DNA from: Longimicrobiales bacterium
GTDB lineage: Bacteria; Gemmatimonadota; Gemmatimonadetes; Longimicrobiales; Gaopeijiaceae
Assembly (NCBI GenBank): GCA_965219445.1
Contig: CBDCNQ010000001.1
Coordinates: 1 to 64,000 of the forward strand
Direction of reading: 5' to 3'
Length of the DNA stretch: 64,000 nt
Shown: positions 38,779-49,000 of the stretch, piece after piece
How positions within the stretch are numbered: the stretch's first letter is position 1
Layout: every line of letters begins with the position of its first letter
The notes under the pieces: generated by a model
Seen by the model: the letters and a program-made list of their open reading frames with translations, nothing else
Database searches by the model: none
Told to the model about the DNA's origin: nothing
Program-made: the position numbers and the translations under genes

Positions 38779-40485
38779 TCATCCAGACCCGAGCGAGTAC
38801 GGCTGCCACACACCGGGGCGGACCGGCACGTAAAGGGTTCTCGGTGGCGTATCATCCGTCCCCATGACAAAGAGTGGCACTCCCAGGTGTTCATCGATTC
38901 GACGGATGTCGCCGCAGTCCAGCCTCACCGTGGCCCCGAATCTACTATAGGAGCGCTGCTCGACGGCGATCGGCTCGCCGGCCTCGAACCACGCCCGGTT
39001 GGCCGCATACACTCCGGCAAGGTCAACGGCCGGCCGTAGTTCGCTCAACGGAGTTCGGGACGGTCCGACCAGCGTGTCTCCGGCAGCGGTGACACGCACC
39101 GCAATCCCGTCCCCTGTCGCTAGACAGAGGGTAACTGCCGTTCCGGCTGGCGGCGGGCGGTCCTCGACGCGGGTGATCACAACCGTGTCGGGCGGGGCAG
39201 CTGGTAAGACTACCACATCGGGGTCGGGCCGGTCACGGAGTGAAGCCCGGCAGAGCCTCCCCCCGCAGAGAGCCACGGAGGCTAGGAGGCCGAACTTCGA
39301 ACTCCGGTATACCGTGATATTCGACGTATGATTGGCACCGAGTATGTGGGCCCCCAGCCTCACGCCACTCAAATCCACTTGGGTCCCAACGTTCCAGTCG
39401 AACCCGTTGTATTCGCTCATGAAAGTGAGCATCCGGCTCTCAGCCAATTCCAGATTCCACGCCACCCCCGCGAACCAGCCACCGGTATCGCCCGAAGCAT
39501 GCCAATCGAATCGGTCGCCCTCGTTGAACGTCCCCGTTCCCCATCCCGCGGTAAACGAAAAGTCGTGATCGGGCAGAAAGGAGGAGGAGAAACCGGGAAG
39601 ATCCAATCCCGCCACGGCGTAAAAGGAGAAGTCGGTGTCCATCTCCCGTGAGCCCAGTTGGTCACGGACTCGACGGTCGGCTCTTCCGAGACGGTTCGGC
39701 GCGTATGCGACGCCATCCCCGAAGTCGGGGCTGCTCGCATATCGCCCTCCGACCGCCAATCCGATGGGCTGCGTCTCGGGGCTCAGAATGGACAACCGGC
39801 CGAAGGCTCCCCAGAGGGTCCCTCCTTCGGCGGCGTCGCTCAGAGACTGGATGTTGGCACCGAACTCGAACAGATCGAAGAGCCCCACGGCCGCTGCGAA
39901 GTCGCCGTTCCAGCCCCCGGAGAAGACCTCGCTTCCCGTAGTGTTACCCGAGGCGTCAGTGGTCACGTCGCTATCGTTGCTCGTCCAGAAACCGGAGTAG
40001 GTGACACTCAACGCTCGATTCGCCAGAACCCCCGAGACCGGAACGTCGATTAGCCCGGAGCCATGGCGAAGCGTGCTCGGGACCTTGGTCGTCTGGGCCG
40101 CGACGCTTGAGGCTACCGCCAGAGCGACCGGGAGGCAGGACCTCAGAAGTCGTGGGATAGAAGGGAGCCGGATCTGCCTTACTCCGTGCCGAGGCGCTCC
40201 TCGACTCGCCGAAGCCGTCGGACGATCGAGACCACCCAACCCAAAACGAGAAGCCACACGACGGCATAGGCGGTGAATACGTGCCAGTAGGCCCGTCCGA
40301 GCGTTTGTTGGCCGATGGGCGTTCCCGCTTGCGCCCACACCGGGCTCGACTGGAGGAGAAGAAGGCCGAGCAAGAAAGCCGTCGCCCATCGAGAAAACTG
40401 CTTCTGAGCCATCATTAGGCCTCTGCTCCTTGTGTACTTCGGGGAGTCGCGTCCCTAAGGTCGAGCTCATGTTCGTAACCCGCAA
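38779..40485 (-). CDS. Exported, probably outer-membrane beta-barrel protein (YjbH-like N-terminus); the real start is probably near 40150-40180
   Basis: Signal-like LPVALAVASSVAAQ, GSGLIDVP, amphipathic beta strands; the 5' part of the ORF overlaps ccmD. Confidence 0.6.
   Translation of the reverse strand: MRVTNMSSTLGTRLPEVHKEQRPNDGSEAVFSMGDGFLARPSSPPVEPGVGASGNAHRPTNARTGLLARIHRLCRRVASRFGLGGLDRPTASASRGAPRHGVRQIRLPSIPRLLRSCLPVALAVASSVAAQTTKVPSTLRHGSGLIDVPVSGVLANRALSVTYSGFWTSNDSDVTTDASGNTTGSEVFSGGWNGDFAAAVGLFDLFEFGANIQSLSDAAEGGTLWGAFGRLSILSPETQPIGLAVGGRYASSPDFGDGVAYAPNRLGRADRRVRDQLGSREMDTDFSFYAVAGLDLPGFSSSFLPDHDFSFTAGWGTGTFNEGDRFDWHASGDTGGWFAGVAWNLELAESRMLTFMSEYNGFDWNVGTQVDLSGVRLGAHILGANHTSNITVYRSSKFGLLASVALCGGRLCRASLRDRPDPDVVVLPAAPPDTVVITRVEDRPPPAGTAVTLCLATGDGIAVRVTAAGDTLVGPSRTPLSELRPAVDLAGVYAANRAWFEAGEPIAVEQRSYSRFGATVRLDCGDIRRIDEHLGVPLFVMGTDDTPPRTLYVPVRPGVWQPYSLGSG
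40179..40415 (-). CDS. ccmD: CcmD-like small membrane protein
   Basis: VFTAYAVVWLLVLGWVVSIVRR followed by a charged tail; follows ccmC. Confidence 0.7.
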   Translation of the reverse strand: MMAQKQFSRWATAFLLGLLLLQSSPVWAQAGTPIGQQTLGRAYWHVFTAYAVVWLLVLGWVVSIVRRLRRVEERLGTE

Positions 40486-41128
40486 CCGTGTACCGGGCCA
40501 GGAAAAGACAAGCGAATACCAGAGTGAAGGCGAGAAGCGCCACGCCCATCGTCGCGCCCATCGAGGCGTCTAGATTCATGGGACTGTCAGGATTGAGGAT
40601 CACGGCGTCGGGGTGCAGAGATCGGAGCCAGGTGACACTGACGTGAATCAATGGGATGTCCAGCACACCGATGACGCCGACGACAGCCGCGAGACGTTTG
40701 CCTTGTTCGGGATTTACCGTGCTCCGCCTCACGAGGAAGTATCCGAGGTAGATGAACCAAAGGAGCAAGGCAAGCGTGAGTCTCGGCTCCCATGCCCACC
40801 ACGTGCCCCAAGCCACCCGCCCCCATAACGGGCCCGTAAGCAGGCCGATAGTCGTGAAGATCATCCCGGCCTCTGCCCCGGCCACCGCCGCCCGATCGAG
40901 ACGCTCGTCACGAAGCCAAAGGTACACGGCGCTACAAAGAGCGACGAGTCCGAACCCCAGGAAGGCGATCCACCAGGCAGGGACGTGGATGTAGAAGATC
41001 CGCTGGACGATCCCCATCGTGGACTCAGTGGGCACCCAGAAGAACACCATCCAGTGCAGCACGATAACGGTCCCCACCCCGAGCGTGCCCAGGACGCCGA
41101 CCGACCACTGGATTTGCTTCTGGCTCAT
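40415..41128 (-). CDS. ccmC: Heme exporter protein C
   Basis: IFYIHVP, WWD domain WGRVAWGTWWAWEPR, RSLHP. Confidence 0.93.
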   Translation of the reverse strand: MSQKQIQWSVGVLGTLGVGTVIVLHWMVFFWVPTESTMGIVQRIFYIHVPAWWIAFLGFGLVALCSAVYLWLRDERLDRAAVAGAEAGMIFTTIGLLTGPLWGRVAWGTWWAWEPRLTLALLLWFIYLGYFLVRRSTVNPEQGKRLAAVVGVIGVLDIPLIHVSVTWLRSLHPDAVILNPDSPMNLDASMGATMGVALLAFTLVFACLFLARYTVAGYEHELDLRDATPRSTQGAEA

Positions 41129-41176
41129 GTACCCTCCTGAGTGAACAGCATGAGGATCGGACGCCCCTCTTGGGTC

Positions 41177-41857
41177 TTACTCTTCGATCACGAACCGGAA
41201 CAAGCCGGCGCCTGCGACCGTGAAGATGATCGCGAAGGCCGCCAGCATCCTCAAGTTTCCGCTGACCTCCGCAACGGGTCGCCCCGCAAACAGGCGGTCC
41301 GTAGCCATGGTCCCGTAAACTACGACGGGAACCAACAGAGGGAAGACGAGGACCGGCAACAGGCTCTCTCCCATGGAGCTTCGAGTCGCCATGGCGCTGA
41401 ACAGGGTCGTCAGCGAGACGAACCCCAGAAGGCCGAACGCCACGATCCCCACCAGGGTGATCGGGTTCCCCGAGAACCGTAGGCCGAAGAACAATCCGAA
41501 TACCACAAACACCAGCGCCACCATCACCGACAGCAAGACGAAGTTTCCCAGGACTTTGCCCAGGTAGAGAGCGTCGAGCGGAATAGGGCTCTGGAGAATT
41601 CCAGAAAGTGCGCCATCCTCCTGCTCCAGCCGAAACGTCCTCCCCACCCCAAGCGTTCCGCTGAAGATGATCGTCATCCAGATCAGTGCCGCAGCGATCG
41701 TCTGGGGCCGAACCACCGCCGTGTCGATCGAAAAATTGAAGAGGATGCCGATCAAGACGACGAAGGCCCCCATGGCGGTGAGTCGCTCGTGGGTTCGAAA
41801 CTCGACCAATAGATCCTTGCGAGCGATGGCCCATACGAAGCGGATGTACGTTGTCAT
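41177..41857 (-). CDS. ccmB: Heme exporter protein B
   Basis: KDLLVEFR, LPVLVFPLLVPV. Confidence 0.92.
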   Translation of the reverse strand: MTTYIRFVWAIARKDLLVEFRTHERLTAMGAFVVLIGILFNFSIDTAVVRPQTIAAALIWMTIIFSGTLGVGRTFRLEQEDGALSGILQSPIPLDALYLGKVLGNFVLLSVMVALVFVVFGLFFGLRFSGNPITLVGIVAFGLLGFVSLTTLFSAMATRSSMGESLLPVLVFPLLVPVVVYGTMATDRLFAGRPVAEVSGNLRMLAAFAIIFTVAGAGLFRFVIEE

Positions 41858-42570
41858 GCCGGATCCGCCACCGCGGCTTGGTATAACGCCTCGAACCCGG
41901 AGAGGTCCAGACTCCCAGAGTCCGTCACAGACGAGAAGCGCCCTTGAACTTGAATGGCGACTCGATCGGCCAACTCCAATCCCTGTATTAGGTTATGCGT
42001 TACCAGAACTACCGTATGTCGTCCGTCTTTCAGTGACGCCAGCTGCTCCCGGAGGACGCCCGAAGCGTGCGGGTCGAGTCCGGTGTAGGGCTCGTCCAGG
42101 AGCAACACCTCGGGATCATGAAGGAGCGCCCGTGCGAGCGCCACGCGCTGTTTGAGTCCGCGAGACAGATCACGCACCGGTGTCCGTCCCCGATCCGAGA
42201 GTCCCAGGGACGCCAGTCGCTCCGGAATCCGCGTCTTCATATCGGTAAGTCCGAACAGCCCGCCGTAGAACCGTAGGTTCTCCTCGATGCTGAGTTGACC
42301 GTACAGGAGCGACTGGTGGGATACGATTCCTACACGATGTCTCCAGTCCCGACTCGCCACATCAGCAGGTGCTCCCGCTACCCGAACCTGCCCCGAGGTC
42401 GGCTTCATCACGCCGCCGAGCATTCGCAGAAGTGTCGTCTTGCCAGCCCCGTTGGGTCCAAAGACCGTGAGCAACTCACCGGGCTGGAGTTGGAAGCTTA
42501 CACCGTCGACCGCACGGAGCCCCCCGAAAGTACGAACGAGCCCTTGCGCCTCTAGCCCGAAACTCAACAC
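41854..42570 (-). CDS. ccmA: Heme ABC exporter ATP-binding protein
   Basis: GPNGAGKTT, LSRG, LLDEPY; ccm context. Confidence 0.9.
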   Translation of the reverse strand: MLSFGLEAQGLVRTFGGLRAVDGVSFQLQPGELLTVFGPNGAGKTTLLRMLGGVMKPTSGQVRVAGAPADVASRDWRHRVGIVSHQSLLYGQLSIEENLRFYGGLFGLTDMKTRIPERLASLGLSDRGRTPVRDLSRGLKQRVALARALLHDPEVLLLDEPYTGLDPHASGVLREQLASLKDGRHTVVLVTHNLIQGLELADRVAIQVQGRFSSVTDSGSLDLSGFEALYQAAVADPA

Positions 42571-42580
42571 TCCACCCTAG

Positions 42581-42804
42581 GAAGGCTGTTGAAGGAGTAC
42601 AGTGGGTCGCGTTGCGGTGCCACGGCCCTAGCTCCTAGGCGGAGCGACGACGCCATAGCCGTAGCTACGGTTAGGAGCTCCAACAACGGGGGCACCGCGC
42701 GAAGCGTGGTCGGGGCCGTGCCACCGCAACCCTTCAACTTTTATGGTCATATCATTCATGCTCGTGGGCACAGGGCGACCCGCTGAACTTCTTCAACAGC
42801 CTTC
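42581..42804. mobile_element. Internally deleted MITE copy, 224 bp
   Basis: Both TIRs present; left module intact, right module missing. Confidence 0.85.
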
Positions 42805-43313
42805 TAAACCGACTCGGAGTTGCCTGCGGTGGTGGCCATTCCGTCTAACGACCGGCCGCAGCCCGTGCAGAATCGACTCTTCTTGACGTTCAGGTGGCCG
42901 CAGGCCGGGCAAGTCCGGCCCTGCGCGATCCCCCTACGCACACGGGCGATCTCGGCTTCGAGGCTCTTCACGGCGGGGTCGGGAGCCCTACCCTTGGCAG
43001 ACCTGGCGGCGGCATCCGAGGCTTGGCCGTCGTTGGCGGTGTTACCAGCAACACCCGTATCCTGCATGGCTTCCAACGCCTGACGAGCTAGATCGGACTT
43101 TATGATCTGGTAGTCCGCCTGGTCGAGCTTCCCAGAGCGGAAATCGTATTCGGCGTCCCGAAGTCCTCGGAGTGCGGCCTGTTTACGCGCGTCGGCCTCG
43201 GTGACCTCGTCGTCCGAGCGCTCCATGGCGGCCCAATCCCCCCGTAGGAGGGGAAGCAGGACGAAGAGGATCACGCCAGCCGAGACGAGCGTCATCCCAA
43301 CGATCAACCCCAC
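42804..43313 (-). CDS. CcmI-N-terminus-like membrane protein with a C-terminal zinc ribbon
   Basis: TM helix, LRDAEYDFRSGKLDQADY, CPAC-x10-CTGC. Confidence 0.7.
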   Translation of the reverse strand: MGLIVGMTLVSAGVILFVLLPLLRGDWAAMERSDDEVTEADARKQAALRGLRDAEYDFRSGKLDQADYQIIKSDLARQALEAMQDTGVAGNTANDGQASDAAARSAKGRAPDPAVKSLEAEIARVRRGIAQGRTCPACGHLNVKKSRFCTGCGRSLDGMATTAGNSESV

Positions 43314-43314
43314 G

Positions 43315-45366
43315 TCAGCCGCCTCGGGCGGCCAAAGCGGGCCGTTTGCCTCCAGTCTGCGGGCGCGATGCCGTCTTGGTGGACCCTCGGGACGGCCAGA
43401 GTCCGATGATCGATCCCAGCGTAACGATGAAGCCGCCGTACCAGATCCACGCCACCATTATGTTGACCTGCACCTCGAACGTCGCGCGCTGGGCCTGAGC
43501 TTCATTCTCGAAGGCTCCATCGAGATCATTGACGTTTTCGAGAATCAGGTAGAGGTCCTCCATGAACGTCGGACGGATTCCCACGATTGTGAGCGGCGCT
43601 TCCCATTTGACGTACAAGCGCTTCTCCGCCGTGAGCGACCCGATCGGGCGGCCGTCTTTTTCGACGGTCATCAGGGCCACAGCCTGACGCACCATGTTCT
43701 GGCCGCGAGGCGAGGAAAGTCCTTGGTACGTGAGCGTGTATTCGTGCCCAAAGGGGGACTCGATGGCGACCGTTTCGCCCGGATCGAGCGTCTGCACGAG
43801 TTCGCGGTCGAACGCGGCGCCTGCAAACGCGGTGAAAATCATTACGACCCCGACGTGGACGATGTACCCCCCCCAGCGGCGCCGATTCCGGCTCACGAGG
43901 TGGAGGAAGGCCAAGAAATGACCCTCGCCCTCGATGCTGGCCCGTGCCTTGGTCCCCTTCACGAACTCGACGATGATGATGGTCATCACGAAGGCCGACA
44001 GACCGAACGTCACCAGAGCCATGCCGTGGTGGACACCCCGCAAGAACAGCCCGGCAACGACCGTCAAAGCCACGACGACCGGCATGGAAAAGTTTCTTAC
44101 GAGATTGCGTCGAGAGGCCCTTCGCCATGCGATGACCGGTCCGATACCCATCAAGGCAAGGAGTGCCAGGCCGATGGGCAAGTTCACCCGCTCGAAGAAC
44201 GGCGGACCCACCGTCATCGCCTGTCCTGTAAGGCCCTCGGTGATGAGCGGGAAAAGGACTCCCCAAAGGATCGTGAAGGCCACGCCCAGGAGGATGAGGT
44301 TGTTGAACAGAAATGCCGCTTCTCGGGACAGAAACGACTGGATCTGGTTTTCGCTCTTGAGCAGTGGGTACCGCCATGCGATCAGCAGGACGCAGAGCCC
44401 GGCCATAAACCCCATGAACGCGAGGAAGATGAAAGCAATCCTCGTGTTCTCGGCGAACGTATGAACCGACTCGATCAGGCCCGACCGCGTCAGGAAGGTG
44501 GCGAAAATCGTCAGTAGGAACGTGAGGGCCACCAGGCCCATGTTCCAAACTTTGAGCATCCCCCGGTTTTCCTGAATTTGGATCGAGTGGAGGAACGCGG
44601 TCGCGGTCAGCCAGGGCAACAAGGAAGCGTTTTCCACTGGGTCCCAGAACCAAAATCCACCCCAGCCGAGCATCTCGTACGCCCAACGCATGCCGAAGAT
44701 GATGCCGTTCGCCAAAAAGAACCACGACAGGAGGATCCATCGCCGAGTGATCACGAGCCAGCGCGAATCCAATTTCCCGGTGAGCAATGCCGACATGGCG
44801 AAAGCGAACGGAATCGTGAACGCGGTGAATCCCAGGTAAAGCGTGGGCGGATGAATCGTCATCCAGTAGTTCTGAAGCTGCGGATTGAGCCCCCGTCCAT
44901 CCGCCGGCGCAAAGGGCAGCCTCTCAAACGGATTCACTTCGGCGAAGAGCAGCACCACCAGGAAAAAGCTGATAATCGAAAGAAGCACGCCTACCACGTA
45001 CGGCATGAACTCTCGGTTCTTCGTCCGGTTCGTGAAGACCGCCGCGGAGGAGAAGAAGGAAAGGACCACCGCCCACAACACCAAGGAACCGCGCTGCCCA
45101 GCCCACAGGCCCGCGACCTTGTAGAAGGTTGGCAGCTCACGGTTGGAGTAGTTGGCGACGTACCAGAAGTCGAAACGATCCGTCAGGAAGGCGGTCATGA
45201 TCCCGGCGGATGTCAGGACCAGAAGGAGGAAAACCGCGTAGACGCTATACTCGGCACTCAGAACGAGGTCGCCACGCCCCTTACGTCCGCCCACGAACCC
45301 GGCGACCGCTCCCCAGATTCCGATTGGAAGTGCAATCCAGAGAGCGAGCTCTCCGAGGAGTGTCAC
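43315..45366 (-). CDS. ccmF: Heme lyase CcmF
   Basis: GLNPQLQ, HPPTLYLG, WAYEMLGWGGFWFWDPVENAS, SVHTF; GTG start overlapping the ccmE stop. Confidence 0.95.
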   Translation of the reverse strand: MTLLGELALWIALPIGIWGAVAGFVGGRKGRGDLVLSAEYSVYAVFLLLVLTSAGIMTAFLTDRFDFWYVANYSNRELPTFYKVAGLWAGQRGSLVLWAVVLSFFSSAAVFTNRTKNREFMPYVVGVLLSIISFFLVVLLFAEVNPFERLPFAPADGRGLNPQLQNYWMTIHPPTLYLGFTAFTIPFAFAMSALLTGKLDSRWLVITRRWILLSWFFLANGIIFGMRWAYEMLGWGGFWFWDPVENASLLPWLTATAFLHSIQIQENRGMLKVWNMGLVALTFLLTIFATFLTRSGLIESVHTFAENTRIAFIFLAFMGFMAGLCVLLIAWRYPLLKSENQIQSFLSREAAFLFNNLILLGVAFTILWGVLFPLITEGLTGQAMTVGPPFFERVNLPIGLALLALMGIGPVIAWRRASRRNLVRNFSMPVVVALTVVAGLFLRGVHHGMALVTFGLSAFVMTIIIVEFVKGTKARASIEGEGHFLAFLHLVSRNRRRWGGYIVHVGVVMIFTAFAGAAFDRELVQTLDPGETVAIESPFGHEYTLTYQGLSSPRGQNMVRQAVALMTVEKDGRPIGSLTAEKRLYVKWEAPLTIVGIRPTFMEDLYLILENVNDLDGAFENEAQAQRATFEVQVNIMVAWIWYGGFIVTLGSIIGLWPSRGSTKTASRPQTGGKRPALAARGG

Positions 45367-45791
45367 CCGAGCAGTTCCTCTGGCGTAGCTTCGTAGCGGC
45401 TGCCGCACTTCGCAAGCACGACCGTGGCTTCGAATACGCCATCCTCCCGGAAGCGACCCTCGACGACCACGTCTACAACGTCCGTGTCGTTGAAGGTATC
45501 GGGGAGCATGTCTCTGAACTCCACGGGAAAGCGCACCGATTCGTTTTCGAGATCGACGACCGTGAAGCGGTGCAGCAGTTCGTCTTCGGCCCGAGTCCAC
45601 GAGCCTAACTCGACCCGTCCACTCACCTTGACACCGACCTCATGGAATGTCGGATCGTTCGCCACACGGGCCATGAGCTCCACGGGCGTGAGGTAATACA
45701 ACATGGTCTCGCTGACGCCGGTCCAGATAAGGTACGTGACGACCAAGGCCACACCCCCCAATCCGACGAAAAATTTGCCATTGTCTTTCAT
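45363..45791 (-). CDS. ccmE: Heme chaperone CcmE, CxxxY variant
   Basis: YYLTPVE, LPDTF, VVEG, VLAKCGSRY. Confidence 0.92.
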   Translation of the reverse strand: MKDNGKFFVGLGGVALVVTYLIWTGVSETMLYYLTPVELMARVANDPTFHEVGVKVSGRVELGSWTRAEDELLHRFTVVDLENESVRFPVEFRDMLPDTFNDTDVVDVVVEGRFREDGVFEATVVLAKCGSRYEATPEELLG

Positions 45792-46046
45792 GATGAGCGG
45801 CTCGGTACGTGTTAGATGGACGCGTGGCGCACTCCGCCTCTTACGTTGGAATATAGACGCGCTTCGAGGCAGCGCAATCCACCGACCGGGTACCAACGAC
45901 AGGTCGTCGGAACCCCTTCATCCTGATGATAGGCGCTTTCGGCACCCTGAGTTCCCCACCTGCCGCCGCCGTACGGGGTTCTTGGCCTAGAGCCGGTCCA
46001 GCGCCCACCGCCAGTAGGAAAACCGTGGAACTCAGGTATCGGTGTG

Positions 46047-49000
46047 TCATGGATTCACCGTCAAGCTGGGTGCCGTGGGCACGTTGGGGGAGGCCTGGGC
46101 GGGCAGCGACTCATCCACGAGGCCCACTTCTTCTCTCAGGCTTCGGAGTTGGTTGCCAACCTCTGACATGGGGTCCACCTGACCAGGCACGGCCTGGGGA
46201 ACAACCTTTCGGAACTTGGGCAAAACTACCTCCCACGCACCGAGGAGCTCCTGGGCACGCCTCGAGCCCGTTCGCTCATAATGGCGCTCGATCATGGTCT
46301 TCAACAACTCCATGTCCTGAGCGTGCGCCACGGCCTGTATTTCGACGAGGTCGTGGTTCACGCGGGACGGAAGGTCACCGAATTCATCGAGCACGTATGC
46401 CAACCCATTCGACATACCTGCCCCCAGATTGCGGCCCGTGTCACCGATGATGACGACGACCCCTCCGGTCATGTATTCGCAGGCGTGGTCTCCGACGCCC
46501 TCCACAACCGCCCGGCCGCCCGAGTTTCGCACGCCGAATCGCTCGCCCGCGCCCCCGGAGACAAACAGATCGCCACCCGTCGCCCCGTAGAGCACGGTGT
46601 TCCCCACGAGCGTCGCCTTCTGCTCCAGGAACCGGGAGCCGGGCGGTGGGCAAACCGTGATTTCCCCCCCGCTCATCCCCTTGGCCACGTAATCATTCGC
46701 CTCGCCGACAAGGCCCAGGCGGACCCCGTTGGCGAGCCAGGCGCCGAACGACTGTCCCGCCGACCCCCGGAAGAGCAGGTCGATGGATCCTGGTGGCAGT
46801 CCCCCGTCCCCATGCACCTGAGCGATGCGTCCGGAAATCCGGCCCCCCACCGTGCGATCCCGATTCAGAATCTCGTAGGAGCCCCGGAAAGTGCCTCCAT
46901 CCTCGATGGCACTCCCGATATCTTCCAGGATCCGGTCATCCAGTGGGCTGCCGGGCCGGTCGTTACGTTCTTGGACCACATGGGCCGGCCCGCCCGACGT
47001 CCTCGTGATCATCTTGGAGAGGTCGACGCCACGCCAACGGTCACCCTCCGCCCCCTCGATTTGCTTCAGCAGATCGGCCCTGCCGATCACGTCATCGAGC
47101 CGCTCATAACCGAGCGTAGCGAGGATCTCCCGCACGTCCTCACCCACGTGGGTGAGAAACTGGATCACCATCTCCGGCGTGCCGAAATACTTCTCTCTGT
47201 ACTCTTCGGCCTGCGTCGCAATTCCCACGGGGCAGGTATTGAGGTGGCACTGGCGCGCCATCTTGCACCCGATCGCGATGAGCGCCGCGGTCCCAAAGCC
47301 GTAGCGGTCGGCGCCGAGCAGGGCCGCAACCACGACGTCCTTCCCCGTATGCATGCCCCCATCAGTGCTGAGGATCACCCGGCCGCGAAGCCCATTCATC
47401 ATGAGCGTCTGCTGAGTCTCGGCCAGCCCGAGCTCCCACGGAATACCCGCGTACTTTATCGAGGTGAGCGGTGAGGCACCGGTACCGCCATCCGCTCCAC
47501 TGATCTGGATGACGTCGGCGTAGGCCTTGGCCACGCCCGCCGCAATCGTGCCCACCCCTTCCGAAGCGACCAGCTTCACGATGACGCGGGCGGTCGGATT
47601 CACGACCTTGAGGTCGTAGATCAGCTGGGCGATGTCCTCGATCGAGTAGATGTCGTGGTGTGGCGGCGGAGAGATCAAGGGCGTGCCTACGGTGACGTGC
47701 CGCAGCCTGGCGATGTACGCTGAAACCTTGTGGCCGGGAAGTTGTCCACCCTCCCCGGGCTTGGCACCCTGGGCGATCTTGATCTCCAGCTCCTGCGCCC
47801 CGACCAGGTACGCAGGCGTGACCCCGAATCGCCCGGAGGCGACCTGCTTCACCGAGGAATTCGCATCGAGCTTATCACCATCCGGGGTGTAGCGGCGGGG
47901 ATCCTCCCCACCCTCGCCGGTGTTGGCTAGACCTCCTATCCGGTTCATCGCCCTCGCGAGATCCTCGTGAGCCTCTGGGCTCAGTGCACCCAACGACATG
48001 GCTCCGGTCTGGAATCGCTGGGCCACGTCCTCGACGGGTTCGACCCGATCGAGCCCGATCGGATCGCGGTCGGACGAGAGCTCGAGGAGGTCCCGTAGGG
48101 CCGTAGGCGGACGGCTATGGACCAGGTCGCGGTAGGCCTGGTACTCGTCCCGGCCTCCGCCCTGGACCGTCTTGTGCAGAGCGCGCCAGACTTGAGGAGT
48201 GTTCGCGTGGTAATCGCCGTCCCGCCGAAACTTGTACCAGCCGCCTCGCTCGAGCTTCTCCGCTGAGTACGCCTGAGTGTGCCGCTCGATCGCGTCCGCC
48301 GCGATGTGGCGGAAGCCGATACCGCCGATGCGTGACCTCGTGGTCGTGAAACAGCGATGGAGGACCTCGTCGCTGAGGCCGAGCACCTCGAAAATCTGGG
48401 CGCCGTGGTAGGAGGAAACCGCGGAGATGCCCATTTTCGACATGACCTTGAGGATCCCCGCATCGGCCGCCTTCCTGTAGTTTGCGATGACTTCATCGAG
48501 TGCCTGGCCGTCGAAATCCCCTGCTGCGACCATGCCTCCCAGGGTCTCGAAAGCGAGGTAGGGACAGATCGCCGAAGCCCCGAACCCGATCAGGGCAGCG
48601 AAATGGTGAACGTCCCGAGCGTCGCCGGCCTCGGCAACGATGCTCGCCCGCATCCGAAGACCCTCGCGGATCAGGTGAAAGTGCACGGTCGAAACCGCCA
48701 GGAGCATCGGGATCGGCGCATGGGATTCGTCGGAAAAGCGGTCGCTGATGACGAGCACCTGGCTCCCGTCGACGACCGCGGCGCTCGCGGCGGTACAGAG
48801 GTCATCGAGCGAGCGCTCGAGGCCTTCGGCCCCGTCCGCCACTGCAAAACACGCCTCGAGTTTGGAGATGGAGAAACCCTCGGGCGTCCCTTCCCAAAGC
48901 TGGACCAACTCCCCTTCACTCATGACCGGACTCATGAGGTGGACGAGGCGTGCGGCCTCCGGCTCCTCCTCCAGAATCGAGTGGCGGCGGCCCAGGTAGG

